The notes under the pieces: generated by a model
What the model was told of the DNA's origin: nothing
What the model saw: only the letters and a program-made list of their open reading frames with translations
Databases searched by the model: none
Program-made: the position numbers and the translations under genes
Shown: piece after piece, positions 34,092-44,504 of the stretch
Numbering within the stretch: the first letter of the stretch is position 1
How the letters are laid out: each line of letters starts with the position of its first letter
Origin: an uncultured Gemmatimonadales bacterium
GTDB lineage: Bacteria; Gemmatimonadota; Gemmatimonadetes; Longimicrobiales; Gaopeijiaceae
Direction: 5' to 3'
Assembly (NCBI GenBank): GCA_963823035.1
Contig: CAWGKG010000012.1
Span: 416,001-480,000 of the forward strand
Length of the DNA stretch: 64,000 nucleotides

Positions 34092-35532
34092 ATGAGAGCA
34101 CGGCTCGTTCACCTCTACATCGCAGCCATGGTCGCCGCTGCCGTGGCGGCGCTGGCGCTCGCCGACTGGCAGCCGCTCCTGCATCTGGGGATGGGGAGTC
34201 TGCTGGGGCTGGCCGCGTTGCTCGGGATGGCGATCGCGTCGGAATCCCTGGCGATCCGGCTCAATGTGGGCGAGACCGCCAGTAGCTCTTCGATCACCTT
34301 CATCCCGCTCCTCGCCAGCGTCCAGCTCTTCGGACCTGCTGCGGGAGTCTTGGTGATGTGCTCTGACGGATGCGTTCGGTGAATTCGTCGTGCGCCGGAA
34401 GGCACTTGAGCGGGTTGGTCTTCAACATCGCCCAAGTGACGGTCGCTGCTTCGATTGGCGGGGTGGGCGTTTACGCTACTGGGCGGCAGTGGCCCTTGAG
34501 CCCGCTTCTCGCCAGCCGAGCATCGGCAGAGCTATCTCAACGCAGCTCCTGCCGTTCATGACGTTCGCGCTGGTCTTCCTGGCGTTCAACCACATTGCTG
34601 TCTCTCTGGCGATCGCGCTGAGCCGGAGCCTGCACTTCCGCGACGTCCTGGCGCAGATGTGGGGCAACTCCGGCGCGAGCCTTCAGGATGTCCTGGTCAG
34701 CCCGATCGCGATCCTGGTCGCCTTCCTCTACGTGCAATGGGGGGTCTCGGGGATCCTGGTCGTCCTCCTTCCCCTCCTCTTCGTCAGGCGCTCGTACCTC
34801 ACGGCGGACGAGCTGCGCGCGGCGAACACGGCGCTGCTGAAGGCGCTGGTGAAGGCCATCGAGACGCGGGACCCCTATACGTCGGGCCACTCGGTGCGCG
34901 TCTCGCACCTCGCGAAGCGGATCGCCACCGGGATGGGGCTTTCGCGCGGCGCCGTGAGGGACGTCGAGACGGCCGCGCTGCTGCACGACATCGGCAAGAT
35001 CGAGGCGCCCTATACGGGAATCCTGTCGAAGACCGAGACGCTGAGCCTGAAGGAGCGGGTGATCATCCGGTCCCACGTCACCAAGGGGGAGGAGTTGCTC
35101 CGCAACCTCTCCTCCTTCCCGGAGAGCATCCTGCGCGTCGTGCGACATCACCACGAGCGCGAGGACGGTGGAGGCTATCCGGACGGCCTCAAGGGCGACG
35201 AGATTCCGATCGGAGCGAGGATCGTCGCCGTCTGCGACGCCGTCGACGCGATGCTGTCGGACCGCCCCTACCGACGGGCGCTGGCGTTGTCCGCGGTGAA
35301 CGAGCAGTTGCGCATCCACAACGGCAGCCAGTTCTCTCCTGCCGTCGTGCGGGTCCTGCTCGAGGGTTCTCTGCTCGACCAGTACGCCGATCTCGTCGAG
35401 GCGGAGCGCAGCGCCGAAGGCTACGAGGTGGCTTTCGGCGAGTTCCCGAGCCGCCGGCCGAGCGTGCAGGTCTCCTCGCGTAAGCCGTCCGCCGCCGATC
35501 AGGCCAGGTGGCTGGTCCGAGCATCGTCGTAG
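34092..35532 (+). CDS. Membrane-anchored HD-GYP c-di-GMP phosphodiesterase; frameshifts near 34360-34500
   Basis: About 7 TM N-terminus; ETRDPYTSGHSVRV, LLHDIGK, HHEREDGGGYPDGL, DAMLSDRPYR. Confidence 0.92.
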
Positions 35533-35573
35533 GCCTCCGGGCCCGCCGCGCGTCAGCTACGCGCTGCCCTGGT

Positions 35574-38500
35574 TCAGCCCAGCAGCGACTCGAGTTCGCG
35601 GCTCCACGTCTCGAAGTGCAGCCGGCGTGCCAGCGCGATGCCCTCCGCAGCCCGCGCTTCCCACCCGGCGATCCGAGCGCGGCGGCTCATCCGTACCTCC
35701 GCGATCAGCAGCTTCAGCCAGGCATTCGGCATGCGTTCGCGCAGTGTCGATGCATGTTCGCGGAGGAGGGCCACGGCGTCGCGGGTCTTGCCTCGACGCT
35801 CCAGGAGGCGTGCCCGGAAGGAGAGGAAGATGAACGGGTCGAAGTGCCAATCGTTCGGCACGAGTGACGTCTCGACCTCCCTCCGCCGTGCCTCCCCTAG
35901 GTCGCCTGCTTCGAGCGCCCCGAGGCCCACACCCGCCGCTACGATCCGCGCCATGTCGGCGGGCATCGTGTTCTCGCTCAGGATCTGCGCCGCCGCGCGG
36001 AAATGCCGAAGTGTGGATGCATACTCCCGACGCAAGAACGCCAGCTCACCGCGATTGCAGTTGACGTGGCACTGCGCGATGGCGTCCTCCGCACCAGCAA
36101 CCGTCTCCGCTGCACGCCCGAAATGAACGGCCGCCCTGTCGAAGTGACCGGCGTCCATCTGCGCTACGCCGTAGTTGGACTCCAGTTGGAAGCGCAAGAC
36201 GACATCGCCGCTTCGCTCCGCGAGCGTGCGGGCCTTGGCGATGACGCCCGACGCCTCGGTGGACTGCGAGAAGCCCATGTAGAAGAGCGCCACGAAGAGC
36301 CGCATGTGCGCGAGAAACCTGTAGTCGTCGAGTCCGTGCTGGTCGGCCAGGCGCACGGAGGTGCGTGCAGCTCGCAGCGCCTCGGTCTGGTCGCCGAAGA
36401 GCACAGCCGCGGAAAGGGCCGCATTGGCGAGACATCGTGCCCTGGGGTCGGCGCTCTCGCTGCACGCCCGGATCTCGTCGAACAACGCCCGGATCTCGGC
36501 CAACATCCCCACCCGATTCAAGAGGTGCAGCTCCGAATCGAGCGAAAGGGCCCATGCCTCGTCGTCCGGCGCGTGCTTGGCCGCCGCCTTGATGGACCGC
36601 AAGCGACGCAAGAGGTCCGCGACCGGCTTCTCGCCGAGTTCCGCGAGCCCTTCGACCCGCCGTATGTCCATGCGCAGGGCCCGACCCGGGTTGCCCACCG
36701 CCCTGAGGCGGCTCGCGGCCAGCTCGAGGAGCGGGTCGGCTTTGGCGATATCCCTCTTCATGTGAAGGACCCTGGCGAGGTCCGCCGTGGCTTCGGCCTT
36801 GAGGCGCTGGTCGGACTCGTTTTCCGTCACGACCTGGAGGAAGTGGGCGGCCTCAGCCATCGCCCCGTTCTCCAGCGCGGCGTCTGCTGCTTCCCGGCCG
36901 AAGCGTGCGGCCCGGGCGTCGTCGCCTGCGCGGCCGAAGTGGGTCGCGAGCTCTCCGGGCTGCGGCTGCTCGAGGGACAGGAGGTGCTCGGCGACCCTCC
37001 GATGGAGCACCGCCCGCCGGGTCTCTCCGAGTCGGTGATACAGCGCGCCGCGAAACAGCTCGTGGGCGATCCGCACCTGATCGCGGTCGACCACGACGAG
37101 CCTGCCCTGCTCGAGCTCCTCCACCTCCTCGATGCAGTCCTGAAGCGACGCGCCCGCCAGCGCGGCGAGGTCGGAGAGCCTCGCCCATCGACCCCAGATC
37201 GCCAGGAACGACGCGGCACGTGAGGCACGCTCGCTGAGCATATCCAGGCGAGGCTTCAGGAGCTGGCGTAGCGAGATGGGGATCGTCAGGGCGTCGCTGG
37301 GCAGCTCGGGCAGGTGGAGGTGGCCGGCCAGATAGTCCTTCGTGAGCTCGATGAGATAGAACGGGTTGCCACCGCCCAGCCGACGAAGTCGATCGGTCGT
37401 GCCTTCATCGAGCACACCGTCCGCGACCAGCGAGACGAGGAGGTTGGCATCGCGTTCGTCGAGCTCCGCGAGCGTGAGCCGGGTGACAGGAAGGTTCTCG
37501 TCACCCTCGAGGTACTTCTCCACGCCGTGGCCGCCGACCACCAGATCGGGTCGAAGGGTGCACGACCACCGCCATGGACCCGCGCTGCCATCGCCGCTGG
37601 ACGAACTGCAGGACCGCGACCGTCGTGGCGTCCGCCCACTGCAGGTCGTCGAGGAACAGGACCGTGGGCTCGTCTTCGGCGATCCGCGTGAAGAGGATCG
37701 AGAACGCGTCGTAGAGGCGTCTTGACAGGCTGCTCTCCGCGATCGGCGGCACCGCCGGGCGCTCCATGCCCTCGGGAAGGTGCGGCAGCAGGGCGGCGAT
37801 CACGGCCCTCCAGGGGTCCTCGAGGTCGCTGAGGTGACGCCCGACGTCCGGGTGCCCCAGGGCGTCGATCAGCGGGTTGAGGGGGATGTGCCGCTCGAGC
37901 TCTGCCGATCGGGCCTGGAGACATCGGAGCCCCTTGATGTGGGCCTCCCGACGCACCTCCTCCAACAGGCGGGTCTTCCCCACGCCCGAGTCGCCCTGGA
38001 TCAGAAGGAAGTGGAAGCCTCCACTCCGGAGGGCATCGAGGACGCCCCTGGCCGCCCCGAGATGCTCCTGCCTGCCGACCAGGGGCGGTGCCTTCGTGGT
38101 ATCGCGGGGCGGTCCGATCTCGCGCTCACCGGAGAGCCGCCGTACGCGCTCGATGAGCGCGCTCGTCTCCGGCTCGAGCGGCGCGCCGCCCTGCAGGCCG
38201 TCGACGAAAGCCGCGAACGCGGCCTCCGCCGCCTCGAAGCCTCCGCACATGGCCCGCGCCTCGACGACGTTTCGCAGCGCCGACTCGCTTTGTCGATCGA
38301 GCATGTGGAGGACTTCGGCCGCGTCTCGTGCGAAGCGCCAAGCGCCGTTGGGCTGATGCGTGTCCCACGCACGCGCTGCGTACTCGCGCAACTCACGGCG
38401 TAGCCGCGCCCGCTTCGCCAGCAGCCAATCGTCGTACTCCTCCCCGGGGACCCGCTTGAGGCGGCTAGCGAAGCCCCGCTCCTCGAGGGCCAGGGCCGTC

Positions 38501-38852
38501 TGCAGGCTCCCGGTCCGAAGCGCTCGCGATACTCCGCGATATCGGACGGGAGGACGTCCCACGCCGGCAGCAGCACGTCCTCTCCCGAGACGGAGATCGG
38601 GTCGAAGGAGAGCCGCCCACGGATCTCGTGGAGCAGCTGGCTGAGCCGGTGTCGACTCCGTGTGGTGTCGTCGTCCTCCCACAGGAGCCAGATCGCGCGA
38701 CGTCTGGCCAGACCCTGCCCCTCCTCGCCCCAGACCAGGGTGAGCAGCGCCTCCTGGGTGGGCGTCAGGCTCACGACCTCGTCTCGCGGGCCGCGGATCT
38801 GCGGGCCCCCGAAGAGGCTCAGGCGGGTGCCGGCGCTGTGAGGATGAACCAT
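35574..38852 (-). CDS. SARP/BTAD + AAA_16 (STAND) ATPase + TPR regulator; frameshifts near 38520 and 37555
   Basis: LSLFGGPQI; LLWEDD...RHRLSQLL; PLVGR; GDSGVGKT; LFLDDLQWAD; GGNPFYL; AHELFR. Confidence 0.85.
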
Positions 38853-38970
38853 GGGTATCGAGTCTCCCTCGGCGGGAAGGGCCGACGTCGACCGCCGAAC
38901 CCGCCATAGGATGGAGACCAGGAGGGAAGGGCGAATCTTCCGTCGTCGCAGTCGCCGAGCAAGAGGCCCC

Positions 38971-39874
38971 TCACCCCACCGCTCCTTCGGATCTGGAGGG
39001 CTTCGGACGGCGAGGCAGCGTCAGCTTGCGGGCCGTGGCCGGATGGCCGGGTGCGCTCCGGCCCGGCTGAACGCCGGGCTGCAGGAAATCCACCGTGAGC
39101 TCGGGCGCGAGTCCGCCGGTTTCGGCTTCCTGCCGCAGCCACGCCTCGATGAGCCATTCCCAGCCGAAGTACATGCGCGCCTCGGTGGGGCGGTGCCCGG
39201 TGAGGCGCGCCATCTGGTTGCTCAGGGAGAAGCCGTCCGGGATAGCCGAGCTCGTATCCCACGGACAGGACGCTCTCCTCACAGTTCTGGAGCCTGATCG
39301 CCACGCGCAGGAGGCGGGCGAAGTGGAGCCAGTGGGAGGGCACGGGGAGGCCGCACGCCAGGAAGCGGCGACCGAGGGCGCGTCGCGACAGGTACATGGA
39401 TCGGGCGAGGGCGGACACGGAGCGCAGGTCGGCCGACAGCGTCACGATGCGGCGAACGAGGCGATTCATGTCCCGCTCGAGCCCGATTCCCCGCCAGCGC
39501 AGATACTCGGTGACCTCGGAGCCCAGGTCGTCGGGCGGCTGCCGAAGGACACAGGCCAGGTCCTCCGGGGTGGGAGCCTCGTGGTGGGGGAGGATGCCCT
39601 GGGGCCGCACTTCCTCCAGGAGCCGGATCAGCCCGCTGTCGCGGGACAGGTCCTCCGCGGGCGGCAGGATCACCAGGAGGGGCAGGCCTCCCGGCCGGGC
39701 GCGCACCACGCCGGCATCCTGCGGGTGGATGCCCCGTCCCATCTCCCAGACGAGCGCACAGCCGGGCCGGCGACCCTCCATCTTGAGTTGCCTGATCCCG
39801 CCACCGACCGGTCGGATGCCCTCGTAGGGAGGAGACAGCAGGCTGAGCGGTGTGGCGACGGCGGTCGACGACAT
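38971..39874 (-). CDS. AraC-type HTH regulator; frameshift near 39245
   Basis: SVSALARSMYLSRRALGRRF..GLPVPSHWL..RLL; VGYELGYPDGFSLSNQMARLTGHRP. Confidence 0.82.
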
Positions 39875-40066
39875 GGTTCCACCTCCAGGGTAGGGTCCGC
39901 GGGGGGAGGTACAGCGTGGGTCGGGGTCGTCAGGACTCCGTCAGGACCGAGGCCCTGACGGGATGCTGATTCAGACGGCGCAAAGAGCGGGGCGCCCGGG
40001 TCGTACGAACTCCGCGATGGGACCGGATGTGCGCGGAGACCTTGTGCAACAACGTCTATTCCCCTA

Positions 40067-40094
40067 GATACAGAATCAGAATTCTATTCCTATC
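40067..40094. promoter_or_regulatory. AT-rich palindrome, probable TetR operator
   Basis: GATA-cA-GAAT-c-AGAATTCT-ATTC-c-TATC just before the tetR start. Confidence 0.55.
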
Positions 40095-40102
40095 GAGGCG
40101 GC

Positions 40103-40769
40103 ATGGCCGACGCGATCGACCCACGTCAACGCTCCCAAGCAGGATCGCTCCAGACGCACGCTCGAGCGCATCGTCAGGGCTTCGCTCCACATCCTGGAGT
40201 CCGAGGGCCCGGGGGCTCTCACGATCCAGTCGATCGTGGACCGGGCGGGCTCCTCGGTGGGCTCCTTCTATGCCCGCTTCGCTGGGAAGGAGGAGCTGCT
40301 GGATTACCTGGGGGAGCGGATATGGCGGGAGGCCGCGGTGCGCTGGGACGAGGTGCTCTCTTCGCGGGACTGGAGTGGGCTCGACCTCGGTCAGATGGTC
40401 GAGGGCGCCGTCCGCCTGCTGGGAGAGGCGGGCAGCTCACGGGCGTCCTCGCTCAAGGCCCTCGAGCAGGCACCCGGCGCCCGTGACGATGCCTACCTCT
40501 CGTTCCACACGCACGTGATCTCGGGACTCGAGCGGATGCTGCTGGCGCGCTCGGACGAGATGGCGCACCCCGACCCCCCGGTAGCGGTCCCGCTGGGGCT
40601 GCGCGCGGCGCTCGCCGTCCTGGAAGGTCGGCGGCCGGAGGTCGGGGATCCTCTGCCGAAGGAGCGGCGTATGGAGGAGGCTTCGAAGATGCTGATGTCG
40701 TATCTGGCGGGTGCGGCGCGGGGCCCGACCGGATTGCGGGATGTCGACTTCTTCGACATCTGGGGTTGA
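40103..40769 (+). CDS. TetR/AcrR family regulator; frameshift near 40120
   Basis: PKQDRSRRTLERIV...LTIQSIVDRAGSSVGSFYARFAGKEELL. Confidence 0.9.
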
Positions 40770-40875
40770 GCGGGGGTGGACATCGCCGAGGGGTGGAGGT
40801 CGTATTCTTGTTCGACGTGAGCGCGGGACGGGTCTCATCTCGCGGATTCTGGCCATCGATGAAGGCGGACTGGGC

Positions 40876-42261
40876 ATGACCACCTGGAGGAACGCTTCGC
40901 TGCGGATCTTGGCTCGCGGAGGGCGGATCGCCCTTGCGATCCTGGCGTCGGGCGTCCTCCTCGCGCGGAACGCGGACGCCCAGGACGGCTCCGGCACGGC
41001 CGTCCTTCGGGGGGTGGTGTTCGACAGCACCGAGATGAAGGCCCTCCCTGGGGCCAGGGTAGCCGTGCTCGGAACCACGGCCATGGCCGACGCCGATGCG
41101 AACGGACGCTTCGAGCTGTCGGGCATTCCCGCCGGAGATCATGCGGTCTCCTTCTTCCATGCGCGCCTGCAGGCGCTCGGCGTGAGCGCCCCGACCCGTC
41201 AGATGACGTTCGACGCCGGCCAGACCGTCGAGGTCGAGCTGTCCGTGCCTTCGGAGAAGACCCTCCTGATGGGATGGTGCATGGCGGAGCAACCCGGTCC
41301 GGGCTTCGCGGCGGTCGCGGGCGTGGTGACCGACTCCCTCACGGGTGTTCCCCTCCCGCGTGCGATCGTGACGGCGCGGGTCGCGCAGCGCCGGGCCGGG
41401 GACCCCGAGGAGGTCGAGACGCGAGCCGACGAGAGCGGCTACTACCGTCTCTGCACGGTACCCGCGGCGCGGGAGGTGCGTCTGCAGGCGCGGTTCGGGC
41501 AGAACGCCGGCCGATCGACCTTCGTCGAGCTGGCGCCGGGGGATGCCGAGCTGCAGAACCTGATCCTGCCGCTCTCGGCACAGGGTTCGCTCGTCGGAAC
41601 CGTGCACGACTATCTCACGGGCGACGCCGTGAACGGTGCGGTCGTGTCGGTGCTGGGCACGAACGTCCAGCAGATCACCGACTCGACCGGGACCTTCGTG
41701 CTGGACGGTCTGCCCCCCGGCCGCCACCTGGTCACGACGGACTACCTCGGATACGGCCAGCGTACCGACTCCGTGACGGTGTTCAGCCAGGAGACCGTGG
41801 ACATCGACATCCGCATGGCGCCCCAGGCCGTGGAGGTGGAGGGCCTCGTCGTGACGGCTCGCACCCGCTTCGGTCGCACGAGGGTCGCGGTCGACAAGCG
41901 CGCGGACGTCTTCACGCGCGCCGAGATCGAGCCGATCCTGGCGCGCACCCAGAACATGGGGGACCTCCTGCGCAACATGAACGCCCCGGGTCTGAGCGTG
42001 CGCGAGATGCAGGTGACCGACGCCACCGGCGTGATGGTGCCGGGGCTGTGCGTCGAGGTGAGCCGTCGGGGTGGTCGCGCCGCGAGCTGCTCGCAGGCCG
42101 CGATCTTCGTGAACGGCATCATCATGCCGAGTCCGGACCAGATCCTGATGAACCTGGATCCGTCCGCCATCGATCACATCGAGATCCTGAGCCCGGTGGA
42201 CGCCCAGTTCCAGTTCGGTACGATGGCGGGCAACGGAGCCGTGCTGATCTACACCCGCTGA
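40876..42261 (+). CDS. Secreted tandem CarboxypepD_reg-like domain protein with C-terminal TonB plug, no barrel
   Basis: Three GxVxD..T..PL..A.V repeats; VEGLVVTA; IDHIEIL..AQFQFG..AGNGAVLIYTR then stop. Confidence 0.82.
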   Translation: MTTWRNASLRILARGGRIALAILASGVLLARNADAQDGSGTAVLRGVVFDSTEMKALPGARVAVLGTTAMADADANGRFELSGIPAGDHAVSFFHARLQALGVSAPTRQMTFDAGQTVEVELSVPSEKTLLMGWCMAEQPGPGFAAVAGVVTDSLTGVPLPRAIVTARVAQRRAGDPEEVETRADESGYYRLCTVPAAREVRLQARFGQNAGRSTFVELAPGDAELQNLILPLSAQGSLVGTVHDYLTGDAVNGAVVSVLGTNVQQITDSTGTFVLDGLPPGRHLVTTDYLGYGQRTDSVTVFSQETVDIDIRMAPQAVEVEGLVVTARTRFGRTRVAVDKRADVFTRAEIEPILARTQNMGDLLRNMNAPGLSVREMQVTDATGVMVPGLCVEVSRRGGRAASCSQAAIFVNGIIMPSPDQILMNLDPSAIDHIEILSPVDAQFQFGTMAGNGAVLIYTR

Positions 42262-42273
42262 CCCTCCCCCCGG

Positions 42274-43098
42274 CTACTCCAGCGGCTTCGAAGCCTCGAA
42301 GTACGCCCCCGAGATCGACGACGCGAACGCTTCGAGCTCGTCCCTCGACTCCGGATGACCCTGGACGAAGGCGCGCACACCCTCGTCCGCGAGGATGTAG
42401 TCCGGCGGATAGGCCTTCTCGTCCGTGATCCGCACGTCCGCGAATCCCGCGCGGCGGAAGTCGTCCAGATAGCGTGCGCGGTCGGTCGGCAGGCACCCGG
42501 CCACCGCGTCCAGCGAGCCGGCCACGACGCCCGGCACGGGTCGATCCGATACGAGGTCGGAGACGACCACGCGTCCTCCGGGCTTCAGCACCCGGTAGAC
42601 CTCGGTGAGAACGCGATCCTTCTCCGGGCTGAGGTTCAGGACGCAGTTCGAGAGGATCACGTCCACGCTCCCGTCGGCGACCGGTAGCGCCTCGATCTCG
42701 CCCAGGCGGAACTCCACGTTCGTGAAGCCCCCCTTCGAGGCGTTCGCCCGGGCGCGGGACACCATCTCCGGCGTCATGTCGACGCCGATGACCTTCCCGT
42801 TCGGTCCCACCTGCCGGGCGGCGAGGAAGCAATCGATGCCGGCGCCGGATCCGAGATCCAGCACCACCTGCCCCGCCTCGAGGGATGCGAGGGCCGTGGG
42901 ATTGCCACACCCGAGGCCGAGGTTCGCGTCGGACGGGATCTCCTGGAGCACCGCCTCGTCGTAGCCGACGGCCTGCGCGGAAGCCTCCGCCGTGCCACCC
43001 CCGCAACACGACGGTCCACAGCAGCCCTGGTCCTGGGTGGCCGCGCGTGCGTAGCGGTCGCGAACGGCCTGGCGGATGTCCTCTTTGAGATGGCTCAT
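42274..43098 (-). CDS. arsM: Arsenite S-adenosylmethionine methyltransferase
   Basis: VRDRY, CCGPSCC, LGLGCGNP, LDLGSGAGIDCF, SNCVLNL, AGCL. Confidence 0.9.
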   Translation of the reverse strand: MSHLKEDIRQAVRDRYARAATQDQGCCGPSCCGGGTAEASAQAVGYDEAVLQEIPSDANLGLGCGNPTALASLEAGQVVLDLGSGAGIDCFLAARQVGPNGKVIGVDMTPEMVSRARANASKGGFTNVEFRLGEIEALPVADGSVDVILSNCVLNLSPEKDRVLTEVYRVLKPGGRVVVSDLVSDRPVPGVVAGSLDAVAGCLPTDRARYLDDFRRAGFADVRITDEKAYPPDYILADEGVRAFVQGHPESRDELEAFASSISGAYFEASKPLE

Positions 43099-43169
43099 GG
43101 GTTCTGCTCCGGAAAGTTGTGGAACGCAACCATTCGTGGAAGGGAAGGGCGACGCGCCCTCCCGCGAGT

Positions 43170-43631
43170 TCAGCTCACGACACAGCAACTCCCGCCCGAC
43201 GTCTCGACGCGGGCGGCGAACGACGCCCCCAGGCGCCCGAGCAGGCGCGTGATGGCGGCCCGAACCTCCGGATCGAAGTCCGTGAGGAGGTCGGCGTACT
43301 CCCTCGCCAGGTCGCCGTCGATGCGACGGCAGAGCTCGGCCCCCGCCGGAGAGGCCAGAAGGCGGATCACCCGTCCGTCCCCCTCGTCGCGCTCGCGCAC
43401 CAGGTAGCCCTTCTCCTCGAGGCCGTTCGCGACGCGGCTGACTGTGCTCTTGTCGAGATAGAGCTCGGCCGCCAGCTCGTTCACCGTGAGCGGGCCCTTG
43501 TCTGCGACCGCCTTGAGCGCGTAGCACTGGCTGACGCTCACGTCGTAGCAGCACGCCCGGTCCCGGTCGCGGAACTGCACGACCCGGATGAGGTCGCCGA
43601 GCGCGTCGGACATGGCGCGCGCGTCGTCCAT
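43170..43631 (-). CDS. MarR family regulator with Cys clusters; true start possibly 43674 with a frameshift
   Basis: RDRACCYDVSVSQC; LTVNELA..LDKSTVSRV..LEEKGYL..DGR; C-terminal SCC. Confidence 0.88.
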   Translation of the reverse strand: MDDARAMSDALGDLIRVVQFRDRDRACCYDVSVSQCYALKAVADKGPLTVNELAAELYLDKSTVSRVANGLEEKGYLVRERDEGDGRVIRLLASPAGAELCRRIDGDLAREYADLLTDFDPEVRAAITRLLGRLGASFAARVETSGGSCCVVS

Positions 43632-43676
43632 CAGGCGGGAGTCGGCGTTCGCCGTCGGCGTGGAGGGGCAGCATGG

Positions 43677-43695
43677 TAGTTGGCATGTGCAACTA
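43677..43695. promoter_or_regulatory. TAGTTG-N7-CAACTA inverted repeat, probable MarR operator
   Basis: Perfect 6-bp arms directly upstream of the marR start. Confidence 0.65.
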
Positions 43696-43730
43696 TAATC
43701 CGCGCAGAGGGCTCGGGTCAACCCCGGTGG

Positions 43731-44504
43731 CTACGGGCCCCGCATCCTGCGTCGGTTGTCTTCGTGGGTGCGGAGATAGAACGGCGGGACGTTCGTCGGC
43801 GCCGTGACGGGAGCGACCCCGAGAAGGCCCTCGAGGTAGGCGATGGTCTCGCCGATCACGTCGACCCCACCGACGCGGCCATGCGAGGGCACCACCCACT
43901 GGAGTCCGGGTTCCGCCGCCCACCGATGCAGCCGTTCGACCCAACCCGCGACCGCCGCTCCGTCGTTCACCACCGGGAGCGGCGTCTCCACCGTGTCCCC
44001 GGCCAGGAGCACGCCCCACTCGGGAATCCACGCCACGGCGCAGTCCGGGGTGTGGCCGGGAAGGGCCTCGATTCGCACGGACACGCCGCCGAGGTCGGTG
44101 TCGAGCCCGTGGTCGAACCACCGGGTGGGGGGTGCGAGCCGCACGGCGTCCCAGCGGCCGGGCTCGGCTCGCTGGCGCTCGGCGAGCTCCCGCGGCAGCT
44201 CGGAGCGGAAGCGAGCGGCGCACGCCGCGAGCGCCACGACGTCGGGGGCCGAGGCGAAGGCCGCCGTCCCCCAGACGTGATCCCAATCGCCGTGGCTGTA
44301 GGCGATGATCGGGCGGCGGTCCGCCACGATACGCGTTGCCGGGCCCATGGGCACGGGGTGCGCCAGGGTGTCCCAAACCAGGGCGGTGGAACGGCCGAGG
44401 ACCACCACCGCGCGAACGTCGAAGTCGTCGACCCGGGACTCCAGCAGGTGGAGTCCCGGTCTCAGCTCCCGGTGGGTCGCCTCGCTCCAGGTCGCTGCCG
44501 TCAC
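43731..44504 (-). CDS. MBL-fold metallo-hydrolase
   Basis: SHGDWDH, PGHTPD, LLAGD, VPSHG. Confidence 0.9.
   Translation of the reverse strand: MTAATWSEATHRELRPGLHLLESRVDDFDVRAVVVLGRSTALVWDTLAHPVPMGPATRIVADRRPIIAYSHGDWDHVWGTAAFASAPDVVALAACAARFRSELPRELAERQRAEPGRWDAVRLAPPTRWFDHGLDTDLGGVSVRIEALPGHTPDCAVAWIPEWGVLLAGDTVETPLPVVNDGAAVAGWVERLHRWAAEPGLQWVVPSHGRVGGVDVIGETIAYLEGLLGVAPVTAPTNVPPFYLRTHEDNRRRMRGP

Noticed and set aside
42274..43692. 472-aa ORF suggesting an N-terminally extended ArsM or a MarR-ArsM fusion
   Set aside because: The extension is an off-frame reading of marR. MarR has its own stop at 43170, and ArsM has its own RBS and ATG at 43098.
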